A DNA stretch of 64,000 bases from the human T2T-CHM13v2.0 reference genome, Homo sapiens. Position numbers and translations under genes: made by a program. Shown one piece after another: positions 26,415 to 39,359 of this stretch. Numbering within the stretch: the stretch's first letter is position 1; every line of letters begins with the position of its first letter. The notes under the pieces are model-generated. The model saw nothing but the letters and a program-made list of their open reading frames with translations. It was not told the DNA's origin and did not search any database. The stretch is taken from NCBI RefSeq assembly GCF_009914755.1, contig NC_060927.1; one strand, 5' to 3'.

Positions 26415-27011
26415 CTTTATAGACAAATTTCTCCAGCCAGAGTTTAAGACCGAGCAAGTGGCAATTGCATTTCCAGAGGTTGTCCTTGAGAAGTAAAAGC
26501 CTCACACTGGGCATGGATTCCAGGAGCGCTCGATCAAGCTGCTGAAGCTGGTTTTGTTGAACCGCAAGTATAGTTAGGTTCTCCCAAGTCTCTCCCAAGG
26601 ATGTGGGAAGGTGGCTTATGTTGTTTGATGACAAATCAAGCTCCCTCAGCTGAGGGAGGGAATGGAAAAGTCTGCTTTCCAGGGAAAGGAGTGAATTCTG
26701 GGTTAGATTTAAAACCTGCAAGTGCTGAAGCCCATGGAAAGCTCCAGGGGCCAGATTTGAAAGGGAATTGTTGGACAAGTTTAAGGTCATGAGCCATGGC
26801 ACTGACCTAAATGCAAAAGCAGGAAGATGGTGTATCTGATTATCTTGTAAATGCAGCGTTCGAGTCTGAGGAGGTAAATGGGAAGGGATTTCGGCCAGAC
26901 CCTGCTGGCTGCAGTCTACAAAATTTGTAGATGACTGACAGTAACACTTGTCCGGGCAGCTGCATACCACCTGGAGCAGGACAATCACACTGGAAAACAG
27001 GAGCAGTTCAC
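26415..27011 (-). CDS. LRTM1: LRTM1 exon 2: signal peptide, LRRNT, LRR repeats, first half of LRRCT
   Basis: ORF 26362..26988 contains CPDKCYC, repeated LxxLxLxxNxL and NLWKCNC. Acceptor tttgttgtag|GTGAAC, donor TATAAAG|gtcagt. 597 nt. Confidence 0.96.
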
Positions 27012-27431
27012 CTACAACAAACAGAAAGAAATTGGGATAGGAACCAGTTTGTGAGGTGTGGTATCAGCACTTTTCCGCCTTTGAATTTACAGGTAATGTG
27101 CTTTCCAGCCAGGTGAAACCTTCTACAACCTGCAAGAGAGGTTCTGTCACTCACCGTCTTTAGTAGAGCCAGGCTGGTCAGAGTACATCCCCAGTGTCAT
27201 TACCTTCTGCAGTCTTTGTGCCACCTATCGTCTGAAGCCTTGAGAAAGATACTCTCAGTGTCTTCTGATTCGGAAGATGGAAGACTTAGTGATATCAAAT
27301 AGAAGGGTGAAAAAAAATATTTGGGGTGTATATGCCGTTTGTAGGCCACAACAGAATTATTTGGGGCCAGATGTGTAAAAGAGTGTTAGAGGATTTCAGA
27401 TACTTACATTTCTGTAAAGTATGCTGCAGAA

Positions 27432-27638
27432 CAGTGCTGTCTAATACAACTTTCTGTGATGATAGAAGTGTCCTACATCTGCTTTCCAGTATGGGAGCCA
27501 ATAGCCATGTGTGGCTACCGAGCTCTTGAGATGCAACTACTGCAACCAAGGAACTGAATTTTTATTTGTATTTCATTTTAACTATTTTAAACAACAGTAG
27601 CCACATGTGGCTAATGGTTACTGTATTGGATAGGGCAG
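27432..27638. mobile_element. MER3 hAT MITE
   Basis: gtgctgtctaatacaactttctgtgatgatag...tagccacatgtggcta...tattggatagggcag. Confidence 0.85.
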
Positions 27639-27969
27639 ATCTAAAGCGCTGCTACGTATTGATATCCATTTTTGCCGTTGTAATTCCATGAACAAGGATA
27701 GTGTCTGCTGCTTTTTTATTCAAGATTATAAAAATATGGAAAAGCATTAAGAATAGTATAATAAATACCCATTTTCTATAATAGTTCTGCAAGTCCTTCA
27801 TGGGTTATTGTACTTCCTTGATTCTTTTTTCTTTCAACTCAGAAGAGCAATGCATTACTTATGCAGTTGAACTTACTTTGATTCATGCCCAATTTCTATT
27901 TTCCAGCATAAGCCCTTTTCCTCACACCATTACTGATGTATCCCTCCAGACATTTTAAAAACAATCATT

Positions 27970-28195
27970 AGTAATGACAAAAATCTCAAATAAACATATA
28001 GCATGCATTTTGAGCCACCTACCATTCTAAGTGCTTTATAAATATGTATATTAATTAATCCTCATAACCTTGTAAATATGGTTCCATTATTATCCCCATT
28101 TGAAAGATGAGGAAGCTAGGCACAGAAAAGCTGAATCACTTGCCCAAGTTCACACAGAGTATTATAGTAGAGCTGTGATAAGGACCAAGGCTGTC
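27970..28195 (-). mobile_element. MIR
   Basis: ttaatcctcataacc...attatccccatttgaaagatgaggaagctagg...acttgcccaagttcacacag. Confidence 0.8.
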
Positions 28196-28290
28196 TTCCT
28201 CCCTCCAGAGTCTGTCAGAGTTCTTATCTACTGTGCTCCACTTTTCCTCCCTCCAGAGTCTGTCAGAGTTCTTATCTACTGTGCTCCACT
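28196..28290. repeat. Tandem duplication, period 48 bp
   Basis: ttcctccctccagagtctgtcagagttcttatctactgtgctccact occurs at 28196-28242 and 28244-28290 with no mismatch. Confidence 0.97.
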
Positions 28291-28299
28291 GCCTGTCAA

Positions 28300-28301
<2 letters not shown>

Positions 28302-28353
<52 letters not shown>
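28302..28353. repeat. (CA)n microsatellite, about 26 units
   Basis: Direct. Confidence 0.98.
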
Positions 28354-28358
<5 letters not shown>

Positions 28359-29704
28359 TTTACATAACACTTTTTAAAAATCCAGATAAATGTAATCATC
28401 AATATGTCTCATTCTGCAATTTGCTCTGTTCACTGAAAACTGATCTATCCACATGGATACGTGGAAAGCTAATTCATTCCTTTTAACTGTTGTAGCATAT
28501 TCCATGGTGAGAGCATGCCACATTTAGTATTAATATTTACCCCCACTCTTATGAGGGGTAGTTGAACGGTTGCAGTTTTTTTCTTCATTCTAAATGATGC
28601 TGTAAAACAGCATCCTTGTTCAGACTGCCTTGGCTGTGCAGGAACTGGGAGAGGGTCTCTGGAATCCAGAGAAATCTTCTCACAGGGCTCAGAGAGGAGA
28701 TTAAGTTCACATTTTCTTAGATACTGCTCTGTCATTCACCAAAGTAGCTGTAACACTCCCTTCTTTTTTTTTGAGACTTGAATTTCAAAATATGACAAAC
28801 ATCTGCCAAGGGCATTTTACTATAAAGTGGTAGAGGAATTCATGAGCCACACAGTAATATCCAAAACTCAAAATAGTTATCTACTCAAAGTGGAAGCTCT
28901 TGAAAGGGGCTTTGTTTGATTGATTGTTTGCTTGCTTGCTTGTTTTGGGCCTTAACTAGGGAAATACACAGCATGGCTGTCATGCACTTGAGCCTTTTCC
29001 CCTTTCTTCCTTAAATTCTCTACTGAGGCTAACAGTGCTCTAGGGCAATAGGGAAGATGTTTAGAGAGCCTTCTGAAAGAGAGTCTTCTCAGTTTAATTT
29101 AGTTTAAGGGATGCAGAACATCACAGTCCCCTTCCCCTTTCCAGAATATCAAAGAGCAAAACCACTGTTTTCCTTTCTATAATTTTGCAAATAATCTAAA
29201 TGACTCCTTTCAAAGCCAAAACATCTTCCCCTCAGTAATGAACGGACACCCCTCATTTTTAGCTGTGGGGCTCAAGCATTAATTAGTTGCAGGAAATTAA
29301 TTCTTAAACCAGAGAACATGTTTGCCGCAGAATCCACTGATCTATTAATGAAAGGCTTGCCTCTCTGAGATTGTAGCCAATTTGTTCATTCTTTCTTTGG
29401 TTCCACTTTTCCCCCCAAAGGAATAATATACGAACTCCAACTACAAGCACCATGTTTCCTATGAAATGGCCCGTGACATGCCAACTACATATTCATGTCA
29501 TGACTGCATACATTTCTCTCCACCCTCTTCCTCTGCACCCAACATGCGCAAACATAAATCATTCCATGCAGAGACATTTTTCATATCTGTCCAGTCTTTT
29601 AAGACAGACGACTTGAAAATAGATTTCCCGCAGATACCTTTGTGAGGGGATACCATCTTTCTCCCAGACAAGAACTTTTCCAACGGGAATTGATCAGGGC
29701 TCAC

Positions 29705-29711
29705 CTTTCAT
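29705..29711 (-). CDS. LRTM1: LRTM1 coding exon 1 (ATG AAA G)
   Basis: Minus strand reads gactcagtcATGAAAG|gtgagc. Splicing to exon 2 gives MKGELLLFSSVIVLLQVVCS, a signal peptide, in frame. Confidence 0.88.
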
Positions 29712-30400
29712 GACTGAGTCTCCTTGGGCGTCCTTGCTGACCTCGTAGACCCTTTAATTAATGTGCAGAGCAACACACGAAGGGCATGGCAGACTCAGAG
29801 CCCAGCTTTACATTCAGTCTTTCTGAACCCTGCCCTTGCTTTTCTTCAATGCAGAAAACAGTTGTTGCTTTCAAAAGACCATTTATTTAAGCAGCCCTTC
29901 CCCTTGTCTCCATCTGGCTGGGATCAGTTTCCATAAGAGGATCTTGGGATCGTGCCCCTCTTCTTTCTTAAAATGTTGGCCTCCCCAGGATCATCCCTGC
30001 CTTTCCCATTCAGACGATGAGCCGCGTAAAGAATGTTTGTCAAACCTTGGTGAACAGCTGTAGCATTCAAACATGACCCCAGTGCCTCGGCCTTTTTGAT
30101 TATTTAATCTGCTTGAAGTACAGGGCACCAAAATAAAACTGCCTTCTTAATCCGGCTGTGGCTTCTGAATTCTGTTGACTTATTAACCATGCCGGGTCAC
30201 CCCTCTTTGGGTTGGGGGATGCTGGACGGGACCCTCACCTGGGGGTCGAGCAGCAGAGCCCGCAGAGTGTGTAATATGAGGACAAATTGGCCTGCTGGAG
30301 GCTGACACGGTTTGCACCGTGCACTTCTTTGGTCATCGAAGTCTTATTCAGCCAACATCTGTGGGGATTAGCTGTGTTGACAGGGTCTTGATGCCCTGAA
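29712..30400 (-). promoter_or_regulatory. LRTM1 5' UTR and proximal promoter (non-CpG-island)
   Basis: Repeat-free sequence upstream of the ATG. TATA-like TTAAATAAAT on minus at 29890-29881, TAATCC/TAATC motifs, E-box CAGCTG at 30055-30060. The TSS is not determinable from sequence alone. Confidence 0.55.
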
Positions 30401-30468
30401 ATTCATAGCCATGGTTTCCTTTAGTGGACATCACAACCTTCCTTCTGGTGCCACAAATAACTTCTCAG

Positions 30469-30493
30469 CTGCTTGCTTGCTTGCTTGCTTGCT
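30469..30493. repeat. (GCTT)n short tandem repeat
   Basis: Direct. Confidence 0.9.
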
Positions 30494-30879
30494 GCCCCCA
30501 CACCCCACCCACTCCCCAGCCCCCGAGTTGAATTGACCTTTTGGTTAGTGTGACTTAAGAAATACTTCTTAATCTTTCTTCGTTTCCCTGATGCTGAGGT
30601 CCTGGCCCTTCCCTCACTTTTCACATATAAAACAATAAAGCCGCCCCCTGTGAGCATCAGGCGTCAGTCGACTGTGACTCTTCTCTAATTGAAGCTTCAG
30701 GGAACTTTCCCACCAGGGACTGGAACCGTTTCTTTGAATGTGGAAATCCCCTGCCATTTGCTGAGGTGGGGTTTCAACCCCTGAAGCTGCCCTTCTAGAT
30801 AAAACAAAATGTTCTGCTGTGTGTAACTGTGTGTACGCTTTTATGGAAGCAGCATGAAGTGCAATCCTTGGCTCCAGGA

Positions 30880-31065
30880 GGTATAATTGAGCCATTGGGT
30901 TTGGGCTCTGGAATCAGGTGGGTCCAGAGTCGATATTTGGCTCCACCATCACCAGCTGCGTGTCTCCAGGCAAGTGACTTACCCACCCAGAGCCCCATCT
31001 CTGACATGGGGACAACATTAGCCCTTACTTTACCAGGCTGTGCCCAGGATTAAATATGGCAGTAC
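30880..31065 (+). mobile_element. MIR
   Basis: gggctctggaatcagg...ggctccaccatcaccagctgcgtg...ggcaagtgactta. Confidence 0.7.
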
Positions 31066-31768
31066 ACGACATGGCCCAGAGTGTCTTCATAAGTGTTCAC
31101 AATTTTGCATGAGAAAGGCTTTCAGGATTTGTATGCTGCCAACTTCTGAGGACAACCTGGACCGGTCAGCAGGAGGAATGTCCTGAGGGAGGTCTTGACA
31201 GAGGGCCATGGAACCTGGCCCTTCGTGCCACTCTGCAGGTACAAAGGGAAGAGGCCCTTTGTGAATGGAAGTTGAAAACATCAAATTTTGATTATTTTCA
31301 ACAACCTGTACTTTGTGGACTCTTTCATCCTTTGGCCAAGCCCCTTGTCACCCCACATAACCCAGTATATTCATCCTGCCTCTTCCAGAAAGCCCACTTT
31401 ACGCAACCTGCCATCTTTTGTCCTTCTCTCCAACATTTTTTTGAGCATCACACATACAATGGGCAAAAGTCAGGTGTAGGTGACAAAGCAAGTCAGGTGA
31501 TGAAGAGCCACTTAAATCTTAAGAACTCAATGATTTCTTCCCTCCTTCCTTCCAATCCCTCCTTCCTATCCATCTGTTTCAGGTGCACAGAATTTAATGA
31601 CAATAATTTCCATTATTAATGGAAATACATACATAACCATCAATGGCCCCCATTAGCATTCAATCATTAATTTATCATAACACAACAAACACTTGTGAAC
31701 TTAACACTCCTTCTAAGAACTAGAAAGTTACTAATAACTCATATCTACCTGTGTGCCTCTCTCTTTCC

Positions 31769-31988
31769 CTGGGGTCAGAAACATTTTTTTGTGAAGGCCA
31801 GATAGTAAACATTTTAGACCTTAAGAGCCATCAGTCTCCATTGCAATTATTGGACTCTGCTGTTATAGTTTGGAAACAGCCAAAGACAATACATAAATCA
31901 ATGGGTGTGCCTGCATTCCAATAAAACTTTATTTACAAAAACAGGTAGAGGCATAGATCGGCCCACAGGCTGTGATCTGCAAACTCTG
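31769..31988. mobile_element. MER58A/B
   Basis: gaaggccagatagtaaacattttag...ccaataaaactttatttacaaaaacagg. Confidence 0.85.
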
Positions 31989-32613
31989 GTTATCCCATCC
32001 TCTGGCAACTGCTCTCACTAGTCCACCACCCCACCTGTCACCCACCCTCAACTCCCACCACCCAGGCAAACATATCCACTCTCCTGTTGCCTCATCTATC
32101 AAATGAGGGGGTTGGGTAAGATGATCTTTAAGGCCTTCTTATGTCCAGAACCTTGTCATTCTGGTCAAAAAGCATAAATGGGATTGAAAGGCACTCTACT
32201 TACCAGCTTTAAGGGGGCTTAGACAGACAGAGAATTTAAATACCTCTTTAGGTTATAGTGGAGATATTTAGCTGTGTCTATAAGGCCCAGCTGGGATCCA
32301 GATATCTTAGACTTGGGGGCCTGAAAATGATCAATCTATTGACAGCACAATTGGATGTTGGAGGTCAAGACCCTGGCAGAGAACCAAAGGCAGTCAAGGA
32401 CACTTCTGGTTAAAAGCTAAATGAAGAAGCACACTTTCATGCTGCTTATTCCCTAAAGTTCTATGGTCCTGGGAAAATCCCAGGCTCTCTGAGCATCAGC
32501 ATTCTATCTGTAGAATGTAGATAATACCTACCTCGCCGGAGGCAGGGAGGATCAAGTGATACTTAAGTGCCTAGCACATATCTGGTAGAGCAAAAGATCC
32601 AAAGTGGCATCTT

Positions 32614-32925
<312 letters not shown>

Positions 32926-33698
32926 TTACTAGCAGCATGGATTTACAGACTTCAAAGAGTCTGAGCTGGCTGCTCCCACCTAAAACACGAATGCCCAGGA
33001 AACTCCTAGAGAAGCCCCAGAGCTAATGGGTTCCTGGCAACATCTGCTTACTGCCCAAGGGGTTTTTTTGGTTCTGTTTTACTCATGCTGACCCCAATTG
33101 GGGGTTAAAAGATGGACAATGCACACATGGCCTGGACTGCCCGCCCCGGACACTTGGATGTGGAGGCTGATTGATTTATTCCATCTGACCTCAGCCAAGA
33201 GAACAAAGGGAGGGTGTGTGATATGCATGCTAATGCTAGGCAGTGCCTTTTCTTTCTCCCTCCCTCCCGTGGTGAGCAGATCCAAGAGGTGGCAAGACAG
33301 CCATGCTTGCAAAAAGAGGAACCAAGGAGAGATGCTGAATGCAGCTCAGGCCAGAGCCACTCCTTAAAGAGGAGAACTGCACTATGAGGGTCTCCTGGCC
33401 CCAAGACCTGCCAGGACCCCAGGTTCCCACATGGGAGCTAGCTGCAGATGCACCCGTAGAGTAAAATTGTGTTTATATTCACACTGAGATTTCAAAAATT
33501 TCCAAGCTTCTGAGACATATTCTTTTGCCCTTTTTAAGCCAGAATGTTTTCTAATATGTTAGTCTATTTACCATTTAATTTCCCTGAAATGAAAAATCAA
33601 TGATTATTAACCCTACAATAAAATTGACAATGTCTTGAAATCCAGCATGTAATAGCTCTTTCTCCCAGGCAATATTACACAGGTATTTAAAGAATAAA

Positions 33699-34002
33699 GG
33701 CCAGGCTCAGTGGTTCACGCTTGCAATCCTAGCACTTTGGGAGGCTAAGGTGGGTGGATCACTTGAGTCCAGGAGTTCAAAGCCAACCCAGGCAACATGG
33801 TTAAACCCCATCTCTACCAAAAATACAAAAAATTAGCTGGGTGTGGTGGTGAGCGCCTATAGTCTGAGCTACTCGGGAGGCTGAGGTAGGAGGATCACCT
33901 GAGCCCAAGAGTGGGCTGCAGTGAGCCGAGATCACGCCACTACACAGCAGCCTGGGCAACAGAGTGAGACCCTGTCTCAAAAAATAATAATAATAAATGA
34001 AA
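33699..34002 (+). mobile_element. AluJ
   Basis: Full Alu with (TAA)n tail and TSD aaagaataa. Confidence 0.94.
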
Positions 34003-34833
34003 AAGAATAATTAGAACTAAATATACCCATCTGGGAGAATATTCATAATAAAGTGGGAGGCAAAATAAAGCAATTTGAATAGGAAGCATATTGTATAATC
34101 CCATTTATATTCAAAAAAGTGTTAGAGATGGAGGAATTAACCCTATAAATACGCGTTGGTTTGTCTGAAAATGGAATAAGTGGGAAAGGTCAGTCACCAA
34201 ACTGATAATGCTGATTACTTGGAGGGGAGACTAAAGAAAAAGAGGGGAAAATAAATGTTTTCTGCTTATACTTCTGTATATTCAACTCGCTACAACAAAA
34301 ATTAAGAAGCAAGTAAAGGCACATTTCCTTTACTGGAATATTTGAGATGTCTTATCTTCTAGTGACTGGCTGAGTTATCTGTGTAAATATAGCATGCCTA
34401 GAGTTTGCCTCCTCTCTCACCAAGAGAATTAGCCCCACAGGTAACATCTGTCTTTCTCTGCCAAGGGGTCTCTACGTGTGATGAGCCCTTATAACAAATA
34501 TGAGCATTTCTCCCAATTGTAAGGTCTGCCTTGGTAAAGTCATGGCCAAGTGCTCCTCCATCCCTGTCAACAGGCTCCTCATCCAAACCATGTGGTATGG
34601 CGATCTAATGCCAGGGAAGGCAGCCAGGCCTAGTGACAGCTGCAGCCAGGAATAGTGGGGAGTAGGCCCTTGGCACCACAAATCCATGCAGAAATTTCGT
34701 TTGGTTAGAAAGAAAGTTTGACATTGGAGGCATGTGGATAATAGTGAAAATAGTTTCCTAGGAATTGTGGATGACCAAACGGCACCCAGGTACACAGTTT
34801 ATACAGAGCTATTTTAAAGTTTTAATATTGTCT

Positions 34834-34920
34834 TCCATCCATCCATCCCTCCCTTCCTTCCTTCCTTCCTTCCTTCCTTCCTTCCTTCCTTCCTTCCTTC
34901 CTTCCTTCCTTCCTTCTTTC
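34834..34920. repeat. (TTCC)n tetranucleotide repeat
   Basis: Direct. Confidence 0.97.
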
Positions 34921-35059
34921 TGGACCTCTGCCTTTGGATTTACTATCCTATAAGAGATAGAAAAATAAGAAACATAGAAAACTAGGAATATATTTTAAAA
35001 TGACAATCCCATTAATCATGTATTTAATGCTTACAATGGGGCACATAGTGCTAATAATT

Positions 35060-35412
35060 TGTATTAAAATTATGCTATTTTAACAAACAACACCCAAATC
35101 TCAGTGGTTTAACAGAATAGCTCATTTATTTCTCTTATCACAGTCTAGTTCAGGTTGACAGGGGCCTGGGCTCCATGGTGTCATTCAGGGACCCAGGCTT
35201 CTTCCACCTTTTGGCTGTGACCTCTTCTTGGCTCTCAGAGCCCTCTCCATCAGTTGGAAAAGGTACTTACCACTTCTGCTCACATTCTATTAGCCAGAAT
35301 TAAATCACATGACCATGTCTAACAGCAAGAGATGCTGGGAAATGTTGTCTAGCAGTGTGTCTTGGAAGAAGAGGAGGCATAGCTGTTGGAGATCATAGCA
35401 GTTTCTGCCTCC
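35060..35412. mobile_element. Old MLT1 MaLR LTR
   Basis: taacaaacaacacccaaatctcagtggtttaac...gtcattcagggacccaggct...gatgctgggaaatg. Confidence 0.72.
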
Positions 35413-35541
35413 ACATTTTATTGCATTATCTCACTTTAAAGTGACAACAACTCACTAGACATTAAGTTTCAAATGACCTGTTTGTTTCCCATACTTTCTT
35501 CAAAACCCACTTAATAGGTTTATTAAGTAAATATTGAATGA

Positions 35542-35870
<329 letters not shown>

Positions 35871-36463
35871 ATGATGTTACTATTACTTTTGATACAAATT
35901 ACAAAACAGGGACGGAGAAGGTAAAAACTTACCCAAGGTTTCCAGCGTTATTTGTTGCAAACACATGGATTGTGAGTACCAACGTTTAGGACAATATTAA
36001 GGGAACCTATAGTTGTATTCATTTTATGCCCTAAGGTCATTTTTTACACAACCCATTCTTTTGACATTAAGATGTAAATTGAATTATCTGGAAGCTCTGA
36101 CTCAGGAGGTGAGAACATAGTTCCCTCTTGAGCCGTTCAGTGGAGAACCAAGGCTGCCATACGTTTTCTCTAGTAAGAAAGTGGGGAGGTTGTGTTCATC
36201 TCCTTGTTTTTTTCTTGCCCTTTTGATAAGGTAAGAATTCAGGTTCAAGGAATGCCTAGGATTATTCCGTTTACTGCATATGAATATCAGCGGAGTTTGA
36301 ACTCCCTTTAGCAGGCCTTGAGTTGCCTGATAAAATTAGTGGAGTAGTGGGTTTGAAATGTATGCCTCCAGCCTCCCTAAAGCTAAGGAAGACAGTGGCC
36401 AAAATCTTTCTTTTCAGCATCCACGTGTCCACAGAGCCTAAGACTTAGCCAGGTTCTGTGTAG

Positions 36464-36964
<501 letters not shown>

Positions 36965-37779
36965 TAGAAGTCCTTGCTGGGGAACTTCAGATGGTGGCAG
37001 AGGTAGACCATCTAAGTCTACCTCTGGGGTAGACTTGCATTTTGGGGGTTAATCCTCCCTATACTGTCAGGGTTAGAGGAAATACAGACTTCCCATTCCA
37101 ATATCTTCCCAATGTCAGCCTTCCAGCATTCAGTTGTCCTGCACTCAGGACATGTGTAAAGATAAAGATGCATTTCAGATAAGTATGATTAAAGGTAATT
37201 AGTGAGCTCATGCGGCTGGTGGAATAAACATAGGCAGATGCTAGTTGACATAAAGTTAATGAAAGAAACAAACGGATCAAGAAACATGGCAGCTTAGGAA
37301 GCCTGGCCAAAGCCTCACAGTGACACGTTGTTTTACTTAGATCTTTTGAGTGGCTACTTTTGTCTGTGCCCCAGGAATATAAATTGGAATCAAATTCATG
37401 TTCATGTTTGATTGTTTGCTCATGTTAACACATGAAATGAGTGTTTTTTGCAGTTCTTGTTGTTGGGTTTTTATTTGCTTTTGTACTTTTACTATAACGT
37501 GATAGTTCAGTTTCTGTAATAGATTACAATGTATGTTTCATATTTTTAAATTATAGCTTACTGTATGTATATCATGAAGCAATAACAAGTCTGTGTTATG
37601 CTTTTTTCTCTTTAAGGTTTGTTCTATATGAGTTCTTTGATATATACATAGCTTGAAAATGCTCTGGAAAACAGTTAGTCTTAAGCAGGACTTAGATTGT
37701 AGCCCACATTACACATCCTGCACTTCAGGAATCCCCTTTGTGAGTCCAATCATTTCATTTTAGAACAGTGTTCCTGCTA

Positions 37780-38020
37780 AACACATGGAATCTGGAGTGA
37801 AACCATCTAGGCTCAAAAATACCGCCTCCAACATTTACTGGCTGTGTGGCCTTGAATGAGTTACTTAACCTCTCTGATCTTTAACTTCGTCATCTGTGCA
37901 AAGGAACCCAGCTTGCAGATTTATGGAAAGGGTTAAACAGTTTTTTATCACGAGAATCATAGCAAAAAAAAAAAAAATCTTTTGCACATAGTAATATACA
38001 TTAGCTAGTATCTTCTATTA
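37780..38020 (+). mobile_element. MIR
   Basis: tttactggctgtgtggccttgaatgagttacttaacctctctg...catctgtgcaaag. Confidence 0.75.
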
Positions 38021-39157
38021 TTGTGTCTATAGGTATCAACTAGGTACTTAGATTGTATCTGCTTGAACTAATCTGCTTGGTACAAAAACAGGCAAGTTAA
38101 ATGCAAAGGAGTATTCTGCCCGTGGACAGAGCTCCCCATCTTTTCGTATTATAAAGCCTTTGTGTGTGTGCCTAGAATCAAGTGCAATCTCAGTGAATTT
38201 GTGCTCTACATATCTCTGCTTGTCATCAAAGTCGCTCCACAAACAAAGGAAAGTTGATTGTTAGTATCATGCAACTACCACTTTCATGTGGGATGTTTGT
38301 TAGCAAAATAAAGGCCCTGCCTTGACTTTGCTGCAGCCTCCATTCAGGTTTATAATGGGCACCTTCCCCTTCTGGTGCAATAGTGATGTTCTCATCTTTT
38401 CTTTTAATTCAAAAATCCCATATTGGGTTACCTACTACATGCTCGTGCTGTGATTTTTTAAGGCTTCCCTGTGGACCTTGTCTCCAGTCAGCCCGTCGCT
38501 AGTAGGAGGCCCTCTTTCCCATCCTTGCATAATTAGAGAAAGCATGTAGTCATCTCCCCAGGGCTGCTTAGCTTTCATCATGAAGCATGACTATCAGAGT
38601 TTTGAGGTTGATAGGAGTGGAAACATTGTGTTCAACAAGCAAGCTCCTTCATGTGTTGTCAACATTTCATTTGTGATTCTAATGAGGGCTGAGGAGAAAA
38701 TAAACTCCGTGTATGCTCTCACTGCTACGGCTGATGTTTATAAGTTCCTATCCATGGCCTCCAGTTGCTCCCACCATGAAGGCATCTGGAAAGGCAGCTG
38801 AGTGCCGCTGTGTGTGAGGAGGTGCTAAGGTGGTTAGATTTGCTGAGAAAGAGCAGTGCCCGTGTTCACCCCTTAGAGACTGGTGTTTCTCTATTTTTGG
38901 TGCTTTCCACTTCTGAAGGTGAAGACACCCTTACTTAAAAATAAGGTGTGCTCAAGGGACTCTCATTCTGGACCCCTTTGTGTGTATTCTTTCTTGATGA
39001 AAGAAGTATCTACTGAGTGTTCCCTACCTGCAAAGCTCTGTGTTTGGGAATGTCATAGGCATCAAAATAAGACACAGCTCAATGAATGGACCTACAGTCC
39101 AAATGGCCACTACAGTGTAGAAAGGGGACAGAAATTCATTATACCACTATGCAAATA

Positions 39158-39359
39158 CAGTTGTCCCTCGGTATATGAGGGGGATTGGTTCCAGCAATCT
39201 GTGCTTGCACCAGTCCTGCAACTGGCCCTGTGGAACCCACATGTAGGAAAAGTCAACCTTCCAAGTATCCAGGTTTCACATTCCATAAATTATGTATTTT
39301 CCAATCTGTGTATTAGTGGACCTGTGCAGTTCAAACTCGTGTTGTGCAAGGGTCAACTG
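39158..39359. mobile_element. Internally deleted MER2 (Tigger-derived MITE) inserted in an L2 (~39010-39680)
   Basis: TIRs cagttgtccct / agggtcaactg flanked by TA on both sides. Confidence 0.85.

Noticed and set aside
26986-27011. GTG start for the LRR ORF, and an internal acceptor-like ctgttttccag 22 nt into exon 2
   Set aside because: The real start is the ATG in exon 1. Using the internal AG would frameshift, and nothing here shows it is used.
28196-28290. CRISPR-like direct repeat
   Set aside because: Two adjacent copies with no spacer in a mammalian intron; a simple tandem duplication.
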